From: Elsinoe ampelina
Taxonomy: Eukaryota
Assembly (NCBI GenBank): GCA_010093995.1
Contig: ML992505.1
Coordinates: 746,273 to 810,272 of the forward strand
Length of the DNA: 64,000 nucleotides
Direction: 5' to 3'
The notes under the pieces are model-generated. The model did no database searches. It was not told where the DNA came from and saw only the letters and a program-made list of their open reading frames with translations. The position numbers and the translations under genes are program-made. Positions 51,455-62,845 of the stretch are shown piece by piece; position 1 is the first letter of the stretch; each line of letters opens with the position of its first letter.

Positions 51455-52643
51455 GTCGCGTTTGTGCTTGGGTTCTTCTTGGATGTTGATGTCGATGTCG
51501 CGTTCGAGGTAGGTTGGTCGGGTGGACTTGTCTTCCCAGCCGCCGGCGGAGAGAGGAACTGTGCGGGTACGGTAGTCTTGTTCTAGACGATCTGTCGGAG
51601 AGTCGTAGCGGTTGTCGACCTCGATGTGAGCGTCGATGTGGCGGGAGTAAGGTTCCTTGTACCTGGTATTGTCAGTTAGGTCTCACAGATAGTTGGACAA
51701 ACATACCTTGTCTCCTCAATCTCAATCCGGGTATCCCTTGGAGATCGACGGTCCTCAGAATAAACTCGGATATCTTCCTTCCTACGAGGACGGCGTTCTT
51801 CCTCAATGTCTACCTCGTATCTCGTAGTCTTGCCTTGACCTTTACGGTATGTGGAAGACTCGTAACGAGATTCGTGACCTTCCCGTCCTTGACGCTTGTC
51901 TGTATCTTCCTCCTTCTTATCTGATGTAGCGTCGTTCCGATATGTGGACGGGAAGACTGCGCGACGGTTAGTCGGGTTATCAAATCTGCGATAGAAGTCA
52001 AGACGAACCACTAACGGGCACAGGGACTCTTGCGTCGAAATCCAGGATTTCAGGATTACCGGCGTCCGATCTTGAAGACCTCTCGAATCGTTACGAGAAC
52101 AACTCGGGAGGACGACAAGACGAACTTGGTCCTTTTTTAAAAATCCCTGTGGGAAGAGAAAAGAAACAGTGAAGCTGTTTGCTGACCTTTTTAGAGGACT
52201 GCGGGCTTCAATTGGTTGTGGAGGACGGGATGATGGTATGATCTGGAATGTGGAAGAAGAGAATAAATTGAATGGGCGAATTGACTGAAATATGTCACAA
52301 TATTGGGTCGTGGTCGAGCATTTTGCAGCTCGGGCACAACAACGTGTATCCACAAACGGTTGTGAACAGCAACGGCCGATCCGCCAAACCTTGGTGTGAG
52401 CCTCTGTACCCCGACGCATCCCGATTGGCTGGATGCAAGACCCTCCACTTTTTTTGGACCTCGGGCATTCATGCATGATTTTGGTTCACAATGTCATTTA
52501 CCGCTGCTTGACACGATAGCTACCTCCAGCAACATCCTTGTACACATCATTACCATCAACACACCTTGTCGGGCGCAGCTTGCCATGACCGATGTAGCAG
52601 TAGTAGAGGTCCAGCAATGTGTACAAGTGATAAGTGAAGCTGA

Positions 52644-53070
52644 ATGACCGTTCGCATAGTTGGAGCAAGTACTCTACGATGGGACTACATCACAGGAACG
52701 TTTCATTACAATTTCAGATGGCAGAAACAGATTCCCCCCGTCGCTGGCTTTGTACCCAGCAGCGCCCCCATGGGATCCAGACCCGAGTTTGCTGAACAGA
52801 TCGGCATCTACAATGGACCACTCGACTAATGGCAGTCTGGTCACGCCGACGGAGTCGGGGAATAGACGGTGGAGGTTTGAGCCGTTGGTCAGGGTGTTGG
52901 GGTTGAGTGAATTGGAGGGGACGGTAGTGACGCCGTTTGGGGAGATCAAGGCGGGTTGGAAGGCGGGTTGGGAGGAGGGAGGAGGAGGTGGTGGTCGTCA
53001 TGGATGTGCCGAGGAGAACGGTGGGGGAGGTGGTGGTGCCGAGGGGGTGTGAGGGTGTTGATCAAGGTGC
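52644..53070 (+). pseudogene. Possible decayed GH78 alpha-L-rhamnosidase fragment
   Basis: VTPTESGNRRWRFEP..LSELEGTVVTPFGEIKAGW continues in another frame as VVMDVPRRTVGEVVVP. Resembles the GH78 C-terminal beta domain (from memory). Confidence 0.4.
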
Positions 53071-53228
53071 GAACATGAATGGGGGAAGGGAGCACAGGAG
53101 GAAATTCAGGAAAGTGGAGAACCGCACTTGGTGAGGCTCCCGGGATCCATGGAAATGAAGTTAACAGTCCTGCCATAGTATGAAAAGCTCTGCATAGCTA
53201 CCCCATCCACAACCATCCCCTGATCGCA

Positions 53229-56200
53229 TCACCGCATCTCCCTAATCCCCTCCCCATCATACCCCCCTTCATCCGGCCCAACCTCATACTCCGGCATCTC
53301 CTCCCCGCTCAAGTGGCCCGGCAAAATCGTCCTACACGTCAAAGCAAACCGCAACGTCCCCAACGGATCCACCTGATGCTCGAAATACTCCTGCAGCGGC
53401 GCCCCATGCATGACCACCACATCACCATGACTCAGCCTCAATCTCAACCACGGTTTCCTGTCTCTCACGTTGTCCTGCAGCTCCAACGCGGTGGCGACTC
53501 GCTTCAACTGGTCAGGTTTGGGAGTCGCGTCGCCGATTTGGGAGCGAAGTTTCTCCCATGCTGACAGTCGGGAGGAGTAGTGACTTGTACCTTGCAGAGG
53601 GCGTTTATGGACGAATTGTCCCCCCTTGGTCATGCCTGTCCAGTGTTTACTCTTCACACGGAAGAGCATGTCGGCTGGAAAACCGAGGCTGAGGCTGGCG
53701 ACGGTGGGACCGAGGCCTTTCTCGCCGTCGTCGTGGTATTTGATGTTTTGGCCGTCGAAGTAGCCGATGGTGAGGAGTTCGTTGAATTCATTGGCTTGAT
53801 CGAATTGCTCGTCTAGGACGAGGCGGGAGGCCCAGTTTAGGCGGCTTCGGGTGGTGGTCAGTGGCCAGGGGGAGCCGGAGAATGGGAGAGATTCTCCTTT
53901 GGCGACGAATTTGTAGGGCATGCCGCGGTTGTTGCTGAAGGCGGTCATGAATTCTTCCTTGCCTGTAACAAAGCGGCGACGTTCGAGGCCACAGTCGAGC
54001 TCTTGGAGGGCATGGAACATGTCGTCTGGACCGTGTGGTTCTTCGTTGATGGTCTTATTGGCGATCAGGTGGCTGATACTGCATCCTTCAAGGTCAGGTA
54101 TCTTGTATGTGACTATTCGATAGTTGTGGCTGAATTGGACGCTCGTCTCCAGACAAGAATCGGCCCAGTCGTGACATTGTGCATATAGGTTACTGACCGG
54201 ATGCCATGGATCGCGTAGTCTCGGAGCTGGGATCACTGCATGAGGTGGAGTATGGGAGAATCCGCACTCGCAGAACCACCCCGCCCATCTCGATCGAGAA
54301 GTACACTTGCCACACTGTGGACAACACATGCCTCTTGTCATGGCAAACGAGACAGATTCTCCAAGCTGGTCAGAGGGTTCTGGTAATGCAGGTCTCAGGG
54401 AAGATGGGTGAGCTTCGGATACCCAAGGCGTCTTTTGCTTGATGAATCGGGGATCGTAATGCAATGAGGCTTCGTCAGGGACTCTGCCACTGCTCAGCCG
54501 GAAGAATTCCTGACAATCAGGGTATAAACACATCCAGCTGGAAAGATAGACCTGTTCTGAAGGCTGCTTGCAAGTCCGACACACGAATACCACAGGTGAA
54601 TCGAAACAGCCGACCACGATCTCGTCAGCCTGAGTAGTCTCCAAGTTGGAGTGAGCCGAGTCTTTTCGCTTGTACTTGACAGTGTTGTCTGGTCGTTCAG
54701 AGGTCTCAGAGCTGTCCTCAAGCGGTGATTCTACGGCATGATGAGGTGAAGAAGAGGTGTCGCTGCTTATGACGTTGTCTTCGGGTCGGCCAGAAAGCCC
54801 CTGGTCGAGAGTAGCTGAGTCAACAGCACGAGAAACCTCGGGTAATGTTCCATCCTGGACTTCTACTGTCGACACGTCTTCCAAAGGACCACTAACCTCG
54901 TCAAGCTGATCATCGCCTAGCGACCGTCCCGAAGGCAAGTCCGGGGATTCAAGAGGCGACTCGTTATCTCGGGGACTCTTGACACAATTATCGTCCGACA
55001 TTGGCAACCACCAACTATCCTGCCCAGTCTGCAGCTTTTCAAATCGATACTTGTAGTTGACCCAGACCTTGCCTCTGCTCTCGCTTCGCTCTGCCCAGAC
55101 GTGTGTCGGCTTGAACCAGCCAAGTACTTGATACCTATGCGGCATTCTTGTTGGGACATCTGTATTCTCACTCCCGCAGAGGATGACGATCGGACTCTGT
55201 GATGCGATAGCTGCCCTGACAGCTTGCGTTTGATTGTTCTCCGTCTGGCTCTTGTTTTGTTGCATTTCACCCGTGATCTTGTCTCTACCCATACCGCCAC
55301 CAGCCCTAGCAATGACGACATCTCCATCGATCAGATCTCGACTATGGCCGTTCCCATCAAACATGAAGCTGTATAGTACACCTTTGCTGATATAAGAAGC
55401 CGACTGCCAGGATTGGAAATAGAGAATCGTCTCACACAGAGCCTGTCGATTCGGCGCCCAAACTTCAGGGACACCTTGCGGCTCGGGTTTGGATTCAAGT
55501 GGCGTTTTGCTCATAATGCGTTTTGATATAGTCAGAAGCTTGTCATACGTGCCTTGATCGAGTGGCGGCGGTCCATAAGCGACGGGATGCTCATCAGTTG
55601 AACTTATAGGAGAACCTGGTGTTTCCAGTGCCTGTTCTTGATCCTCCAGTAGAGCTTGCGAATGTATCACACCGAAGGGTTCAGTCGTTGTGTCGGTGGT
55701 GAACTGCATTGACGGAAGACGATACGCAGAGTATCTTGACAACCATGAGCTAGATACAGCCAACGGCTCCTTCGAGGCGTCCGACAGTCCGCTGAACAAA
55801 TCTGGCAGGCCTTCACACTTCGATGTGCTTGCCGGTGACTCGAGTTCTTCCGCCAACCATGGAGGAGCTGGCGACGGCTCAGAAGAAGAGGGAATATAGG
55901 CTGAGGCTGCAGAAGTCCTTCTGCGCTTCCTTGAGCCGTTGTAATATACGCCTGACCTGCGTTTGGCTCGCTTCGTTGGCTTTGCTATTGGCGAAGGTAT
56001 AGCAACCGCATCCTCAGCCGTCTTTCGAGTGCCAAAGCTTGCCAACTGCAGAGCACTCTTCAGACGCTTTATTTTTGGACCAGTGGTAGGAGATGGTTTT
56101 GCCCCTGATAGTCCAGCGTCCTGAGTCCTTTTACGTTTGGGAGCAGAAGGAGTCGCGATGATGGCAGGAGATGCATCAGTACCGAACCTGGTCGGAGGCT

Positions 56201-56447
56201 GTCTCTGCCTTTCAGAATAGCGTCGGAAATCGGCTTCATGAAAGATACTTTCCAATACAGGTCCTTCAAGCGGTGGAGACGATGAAGAAGATGGTGGGAG
56301 CGATGTCAATGGGGACGAGATCGGAAGGTCCAAGTCGGTGGTGATATGCGAGGTATCTTCTGTCTTGCAACCTCTGGGACTGCTCGATGGCAATTCAGTT
56401 GGCTTTGATGACTCGGTGGTCGTTCCGGACGTATTATGTTCAGCCAT
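53229..56447 (-). CDS. AlkB-family 2OG-Fe(II) dioxygenase fused to an SRA/SAD-like domain and Cys-rich segments
   Basis: Catalytic HDD, LSLG..A.M.FR, HGDVVVMHG..LQ..FEH, RFALTCR. Central VW..RQALCE..YFQS..GGG..RYQVLGWF..HVW region. CxxC clusters. First ATG (MAEH) at 56447. Confidence 0.85.
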   Translation of the reverse strand: MAEHNTSGTTTESSKPTELPSSSPRGCKTEDTSHITTDLDLPISSPLTSLPPSSSSSPPLEGPVLESIFHEADFRRYSERQRQPPTRFGTDASPAIIATPSAPKRKRTQDAGLSGAKPSPTTGPKIKRLKSALQLASFGTRKTAEDAVAIPSPIAKPTKRAKRRSGVYYNGSRKRRRTSAASAYIPSSSEPSPAPPWLAEELESPASTSKCEGLPDLFSGLSDASKEPLAVSSSWLSRYSAYRLPSMQFTTDTTTEPFGVIHSQALLEDQEQALETPGSPISSTDEHPVAYGPPPLDQGTYDKLLTISKRIMSKTPLESKPEPQGVPEVWAPNRQALCETILYFQSWQSASYISKGVLYSFMFDGNGHSRDLIDGDVVIARAGGGMGRDKITGEMQQNKSQTENNQTQAVRAAIASQSPIVILCGSENTDVPTRMPHRYQVLGWFKPTHVWAERSESRGKVWVNYKYRFEKLQTGQDSWWLPMSDDNCVKSPRDNESPLESPDLPSGRSLGDDQLDEVSGPLEDVSTVEVQDGTLPEVSRAVDSATLDQGLSGRPEDNVISSDTSSSPHHAVESPLEDSSETSERPDNTVKYKRKDSAHSNLETTQADEIVVGCFDSPVVFVCRTCKQPSEQVYLSSWMCLYPDCQEFFRLSSGRVPDEASLHYDPRFIKQKTPWVSEAHPSSLRPALPEPSDQLGESVSFAMTRGMCCPQCGKCTSRSRWAGWFCECGFSHTPPHAVIPAPRLRDPWHPVSNLYAQCHDWADSCLETSVQFSHNYRIVTYKIPDLEGCSISHLIANKTINEEPHGPDDMFHALQELDCGLERRRFVTGKEEFMTAFSNNRGMPYKFVAKGESLPFSGSPWPLTTTRSRLNWASRLVLDEQFDQANEFNELLTIGYFDGQNIKYHDDGEKGLGPTVASLSLGFPADMLFRVKSKHWTGMTKGGQFVHKRPLQGTSHYSSRLSAWEKLRSQIGDATPKPDQLKRVATALELQDNVRDRKPWLRLRLSHGDVVVMHGAPLQEYFEHQVDPLGTLRFALTCRTILPGHLSGEEMPEYEVGPDEGGYDGEGIREMR

Positions 56448-57108
56448 GGTAGCGAGTTGTGGCGGCTCGAGACTCGGGTAGTCGTGGTGGTATTGCACGA
56501 AGAAGCAGGCAAGTCGATAGCTTGATCCAGACAAGGAAGTTGAGATGACAGCAGGATCGCGAGTATCATCGATGGGTTAGGAGGACAATACAATCAATTG
56601 ACTTGACAATAAGAAAGTATGAGTCAATTGAAGCTCTACACTTACAATAGAGCTCCACAATGCAGCAGAGGCGAGATTTTGGGTATCACAAGCGCCAACG
56701 GCAGCCTGCATCCCCTGCACAAGGCTCAATCGATACTTCTGCCTGTAATAAGCCATTGGCCAGAAGAAAGATTTCCTGCCAAACGTCAGAGCATGTGATT
56801 ATGTGAAAATGTCCATAGTGCCTCCCTCGAGCTTTCGGACTCTCCTCGGCCGATCTTCAACATTGCCGAAATCGGGTGGAGCTTTCCCCAGATTTCCGCC
56901 AAGCTGAATCCAATTCACGCCAATGAGAGAACCCCGCTCCCCATGGGCAAGGTTCAAAACGTCTTGCTCGGCCTTTGAGAGCTGAGGTCCGGTAAGCCGG
57001 TTGTAATCACTAATCTTTCATATATACCACGTGCTGCGATCTTCTTTCCTATTTTCTAGCCATCTAGAGTCAATTTGTATCTCTGTCTATCAAGAGTATC
57101 TGTCCAAG

Positions 57109-58916
57109 ATGCCCTTCTATCCACCATCGTGGGTGCCGAAGCTCCCCTTCGACCCGCCAGACACAGTCTCGATCGAGGAGTTCATGCAAAACGAGTTATA
57201 CGGCAGAAGACCACTAGGCTATTCAACGAATCCATTCACTTGCGGTCTGACAGGCAAGACATACAATGCACTGGACATGCGGGACCGTGTCGACCACCTG
57301 GCCAGAGGATTGAGCAAGGAACTTCTCTTCGAGGTCAATGACGGCACCGAGTATGACAAGGTCATTGGTGTCTTCAGCGTCAACACCGTATGTATGAAGG
57401 AGATTGCAGAGAGCTTTAGTCTAATCAGGCACAGATTGATACGATCACACTTGCATGGGCGACGCATAGATTGGGAGGTATCCAAACCCCAGCAAACGCG
57501 CAATACTCGCAGGCCGAACTCGAATACCAACTCAGAAACTCTGGCGCCAAATGTCTCTTCACCTGTCTTCCTCTACTCGAGACCGCAAAAGGAGCATGCA
57601 AGAATGTCGGCATACCAAATGAGCGGATATACATTCTAGAGGTGGCCGAGGCCCTAACGCCTGGGATGAATGCGAAGAAGCTTGGATACAAAACTGTGGA
57701 CGATCTCATCAACAAAGGCAAATCACTGGATGCATTACCAAAGCAGAATTGGCGAATCGGCGAAGGCGCAAAGCGGACTGCATTCCTCTGCTACTCTAGC
57801 GGCACATCTGGACTGCCCAAAGGTGTGATGATCTCGCATAGAAATGTCATTGCGAATACCATGCAGATCGCTACATATGAGACTGAGCATCGAAAGACGC
57901 TAATCGAGCCCGGAAACAACTCATATACGGAGAACGCTCTGGGGCTCTTACCATTCAGCCACATCTACGGATTAATCGTAGTGTGCCACACCAGCTTATA
58001 CCTCGGAGATGGTGTAATTGTCCTGCCAAAGTTCGAGATGAATTCATTCTTGAGCAGCATCCAACGATTCCGGATATCTACACTCTACCTCGTTCCACCC
58101 ATCATCATTAATCTGGTCAACTCGAAACAGGCGCTTCAGAAGTATGATCTCTCGGCCGTCAAGGCAATCTTCACAGGAGCTGCTCCATTGGGCGAAGAGA
58201 CGGCAGACGAGCTGCAAAGGATCTTCCCGAAATGGGTCATTAAGCAAGGCTACGGACTGACGGAAACATGCACCGTTGTCTCGTCGAGTAGCCCTCACGA
58301 TATCTGGTTCGGTTCATGCGGCAGTCTGGTCCCAGACATTGAATGCAAGCTTGTCAGCATAGAAGGCAACGAGATCACGGGTTACGATCAGCCAGGTGAG
58401 CTCTGGGTCAAGTCTCCATCAGTCACGCTCGGCTACCTCAACAATATCAAGGCGACACGAGAGACATACGTCGATGGTTACATGCGGACTGGTGATGAGG
58501 CCGTCTTCCGCAAGAACCCAAAGAGCGGACACGAGCACCTCTTCATCGTCGACCGCATCAAGGAGCTGATCAAGGTGAAGGGTCTGCAAGTGGCTCCAGC
58601 AGAGCTTGAAGCACATCTGCTGACACATCCTGCTGTTGCCGATTGCGTCGTCATTGGTATACCCAGCGAGAGAGAAGGCGAGGTGCCAAAGGCGTTTGTC
58701 GTCCTAGACCAAAGTGTAGGCATTGAAGAGAGCAAGGCTATGCTCAAGCGGGATATCGCGAAACACGTCGAGAAGCACAAGGCAAAGCACAAGTGGTTGA
58801 AGGGTGGTATCGATATCATTGATGTCGTGCCCAAGAGTCCTTCGGGCAAGATTCTGCGGAGGTTGATCAGAGATCAGGAGAAGGAGAAGAGGAGAGCTGC
58901 AGGTGCGAAGCTGTAA
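57109..58916 (+). CDS. 4-coumarate/phenylacetyl-CoA ligase-like AMP-binding enzyme, peroxisomal; 2 exons
   Basis: YSSGTSGLPKG, QGYGLTE, RTGD, DRIKELIK, PKSPSGKILRR; PTS1 AKL. Intron 57388-57434. Confidence 0.95.
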
Positions 58917-59465
58917 ATTATTCACATCTGGTTGTGTATGTGACTGTCTCAGTGGTTTCTGTCCCGTTAATGTACATTTATCGATCCCCTCAGCCTCTAC
59001 ACGTGAAAGTGGGGCTCTCGAAGCTCCTTGTTGCTGCACAATGACGTTTACGGTCCTGTCAACATCGCGTGCTCCTTTCAACTCCGCTGCAGTGCCCCAT
59101 CACTCATGATCGACAAGTGATTCGAGGTCAAAGAGAATGCTCATAGCATGTCAGAATGGGTAAGTTCAAGAGATTCATACTCAATGCAATGATAGAGACG
59201 GCCGACACATCCAGTGGTTCCAACGTCTGACCTCACTGTGTCGAAACGGCTGGATTGACAGCTAGCTCTGGCATCGATCTGACGATCTCTCCCATCTTAT
59301 CTTCACGTGCTCAGGTCTGGTAAGGCTTTTGTGATGACGACCATATTGTGATTGCTTTGTTGTCAAACCTCCTTACCGCTGCATTCCAGGTCATACATCA
59401 CCCAACTCTTTGACTACCCTCCCACACTTCGACACGATAGGGAACACCTCCTCGCTCCATTCAAT

Positions 59466-60197
59466 ATGACCAACCCCTCCCCATCCGCCGCCCACCTCGT
59501 CCTCACCACCCCCGAACTCCTCGAACTCATCCTCTCCCACCTACCCCCCCTCCAACTCCTCCTCACCCAACGCGTCTCCCCCCTCTTCCACACCCTGATC
59601 ACCACCTCCCCACTCCTCCAAACCCTCCTCTTCTTCCGCCCCAACTGGTCCCTCATCGGCCACCACACAACCTCCAAACCCGGCCCCCGCCCCCTCAACA
59701 ACCTCATGCTCCGCCGCGTCCTCTCCTCCGGCACCTACCCCACCATGACCCTCCGCAGCCTCACCTTCCCCGACACCGACACCTTTCTCGCAGCCAAGAC
59801 GCACCTCTCCCTCCCCTCCTGCCCCATCACCCTCCCCGACCCCGCCCGCGAGGTCACAGGGATACAAAGGGACCTCGGCCTCTGGACCTGGACAGTCAAC
59901 ATCTCCCTCCCTTCAGCGGGATTCCTCACCCCGACTTCAGCAATAGGGTACGAGCACGCCTCCTGGCGGCGCATGCTACTGTGTCAGCCGCCGGCCACGG
60001 AGCTGCATCTGTGTAAACGGTGGCGGCGGGCGGAACGGCCGGCGGTGGTTGTGGAGGGGGGAGTGAGGATGGGGGATCTGGTGGAGAGGGCGGAGAGGGG
60101 CAAGGGGCCGTGGAATGAGGGGTTTATCTCGAGTGATCGCGATTGGCATTTGGAGGGGGCCGTGAGGTTTAGTGGGTTTTTGGAGGAGAGGGGGTGA
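59466..60197 (+). CDS. F-box-like protein
   Basis: VLTTPELLELILSHL..LLLTQRVS..F..LI..SP.LQ..LFF and a downstream ASWRRMLLCQPP motif. Confidence 0.8.
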   Translation: MTNPSPSAAHLVLTTPELLELILSHLPPLQLLLTQRVSPLFHTLITTSPLLQTLLFFRPNWSLIGHHTTSKPGPRPLNNLMLRRVLSSGTYPTMTLRSLTFPDTDTFLAAKTHLSLPSCPITLPDPAREVTGIQRDLGLWTWTVNISLPSAGFLTPTSAIGYEHASWRRMLLCQPPATELHLCKRWRRAERPAVVVEGGVRMGDLVERAERGKGPWNEGFISSDRDWHLEGAVRFSGFLEERG

Positions 60198-60782
60198 TGG
60201 GAGGCACGTGATCTTGGAGATGGGATATGTGAGATCGAGAAAGGGGGTCGGGGCGGTGGGCGAGGTATAAACACCTTGCTTGAGACCCGGCTGCTGTCAG
60301 GTCATCCAACTATGAGTCCTACGCCACCGCCGCCGGCCCCGCCCCTGCCCCCGCCCATGGCGAACATTACTTTCTCCCGCACAACGACTTGCTACGGATC
60401 TGGCTGAACACCATGTGTAAAAAGGAGCTGGCATCGAAGGAGACAGCCGAGTGTGAGAGGTAGGAAAGTGACGTCTTGTGTCTAACTGAGGGCATACAAG
60501 CGCTGCAGTATCAAGCACAACAGCACCAAGCACAGCAGCATGTTAGTGGTTTGGAATCATTTCTACCTGAGAGCATAGCCGCTCTCTCAACCATCTGTAT
60601 CAATACAATGAATACCCTCTACCAGCCCACCCATCCCAAAGCCCTGTTCGCTTTATCCCAATGCATAGCCTCATCTATCATATCCCATTGCCCCCCCCTT
60701 TTCCCTCCCTCCCATCACCTTCTCACCTCCTCCCCAACCGCTCCAGACTCCTCTTCGTCCCCGGCGTCGAGTGAAAGAACTC

Positions 60783-62845
60783 CTACTTCTTCCTCCCCCT
60801 CTTCTTCCCTTCCTCCCCAGCCACCTTCTCCGCCTTCTCCCCACTCCCGCTCGCCCTCTCCACAACCGCCTCCGCGGGCGCTGCCTTCCCGACTCCGAAC
60901 CCGAACCCGACCCGCGCTCCACTGGCGGATGACGCGCTGCTGCGGCTGCTGTCGAAGCTCATCTTGCTGCTTTTCCGCTTGGCCACGGCTTGGGGTTGAG
61001 GGTGGTCGGGGCTGAGGTGGAAATTGCTTGTGGTTGAGGGGAGGGTGGGGGTCTTTTCGCGGGCGGAGGGAGAGTCGTCGGCGCCTGTGATGTGGTCGTC
61101 CGAGGACCAGTAGCCCTCTGGTTTGCTGGGTGGGGTGTTGAGGGAGGATGCTTTGGAGCCGGGACCGAGGACGCCAGGAGCGCGGAGGGCGGCGATGCTG
61201 GGATGGGGGGAGTGGCCTGCTCGGAAGACTCTTCTGCGTTCTGCTAGGTCGCTGTCTGATTCGTCTTCGGTGTCGAGACCAGTGTGGAGTTGTGGGAGGC
61301 GAGGAATGGTTCGTTCTGTCTCTGAATAGGAGGGTAGCGGTGGCGAAGCAACATTGCTACGGAATGCTTTAGCCTCGGCTGCTTTCCCGGTTGGCGAGGC
61401 GTAGAAGTCGAGTGCTGAGATGACGTGCGGGAAGACTTGTTTATGGACATCGGATGCCCAAAGAAAGTCGAGATGCTCGTAGTGTGGTACCTCAATGGCC
61501 TCGGTATGTTTAGGTAGCTCGCGCATCATGATGTTTATGTCCACTAGAGAATCACTCCCTCCGTAGACGAGGACAATGGGCGTCTTGATGTTACGGGTCG
61601 GAAACTTTGCCACCTTGTAGTACTTTGAGCTTGTCCCGACACTTAAGGGCTTCTGCACTTCGTCGTCATACATTTGAAAGGTGCCGTTGCGAATGATCTG
61701 AAACCAGTGGACGACGGACTTTGTACTGGTGTAAGAGAAAAGATGAGGATATGCGGCCATCTTCTGGTGTGCTGTAATGTTTTGAGACTTCCAGCTGAAC
61801 AGAAAGTCCAGACTTTTGTCGATGAACCAGCAAAAGAGTGCCGGATACAGAATTGATTCCCACATGGTAGCACTACTCATGATCGCTTTTCGACCGAAAA
61901 GGAGGAATAGAATGTTGGGTGAGGTCTTCACAAAAGAGCTGACTATGCCCGAGGCTAAGCCCGGAGGAGCCATAGCTGGAGCCAGAGCAATGAAGACGTC
62001 GACTTTCTCATTCAGCATCGGATGAATGGACAAACTTGCGAACGCCTGTGCTGTCCCTTGCGAGAAGCCAATGTACGAAAGCGACTTTTGCTTCGTGGCT
62101 GACAGAACATAGTTGATACTGTCCGGGATGTCATGGAATGCGAATTGGTCGATGGAGAAATTCCAGAATTCTGTACTGGTTGGGTCGTACCTCGTGTGTT
62201 TGCGACTGTATTTATTAGCTCTTTGATTACCGAGCTGTAGAGGGTCAGTGTTGTCCATATACAGTGTCGATCAGATCCCTTACCCAGACATCGTACCCCA
62301 GCTCAACGAGGACGAAAGGCAGACACCTCTCTTCTTCGGTCAGGCACACCCAGACTTCGCTATTCATGAGAAGGCCATGGTGTAGGTACACCACCTTCTT
62401 TTGAACGCTTCCCTCTCCGCAATTGACTCTCTGGTCCTCCTCACCCCGCCTGTATCCAAGTCTGTGAACTCCGAGGAGGTACCCATCCGAGGTGTGAACA
62501 ATGTGCTCTTCCGCATAGTACCCGTACAGTCTCACGAGATCCGTAAAATCCGATGCCTTTGAAATAGGGGACGAAACAGCCCGCTTCTTATTCCTCGACC
62601 TCCTCCCCTGGGGTGACGACAAGAGGTTGAAAAGCCGCCGGGACTGTTGATACAGAAATCGGATGACAGGATCCGGTAGAGCAAGAGTAATGATCCGTAT
62701 AAAGCTCTCCAGTCCCACCAGTAAGAAACTTCCAAACAAGGCTAGATACTCATGGCTGCGAGTGACAATGGTCAGCATACCGACGGATTGAGAACCGGGC
62801 CAGAACAAACAATTGAAGGCGCCCAATGAATGGCACTCGAGGCAT
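60783..62845 (-). CDS. Alpha/beta-hydrolase lipase / sterol esterase (Tgl1-like); 3 exons
   Basis: MPRVPFIGRL start, EEH.V.TSDGYLL, HHGLLMNSEVW, GYDVWLGN.R.NKYS, GFSQG nucleophile, GGSDSLVD, YEHLDFLW. Confidence 0.93.

Noticed and set aside
34212..58916. Secondary-metabolite cluster (monooxygenase, SDR, PPTase, CoA ligase, transporter)
   Set aside because: No PKS, NRPS or terpene core gene, and the genes are interleaved with housekeeping genes (rsr1, EMC1, hex-1).
46724..58916. Peroxisomal gene cluster (catalase, hex-1, AKL-ligase)
   Set aside because: The catalase ends ..AVMA* with no PTS1, and read-through gives none. The proximity is plausibly chance.
26414..61372. Many Pro-rich or Gly-rich overlapping/antisense ORFs (e.g. 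26414-27019, 34955-35734, 49166-50194)
   Set aside because: Shadow ORFs caused by stop-poor C/G-skewed sequence overlapping real genes.
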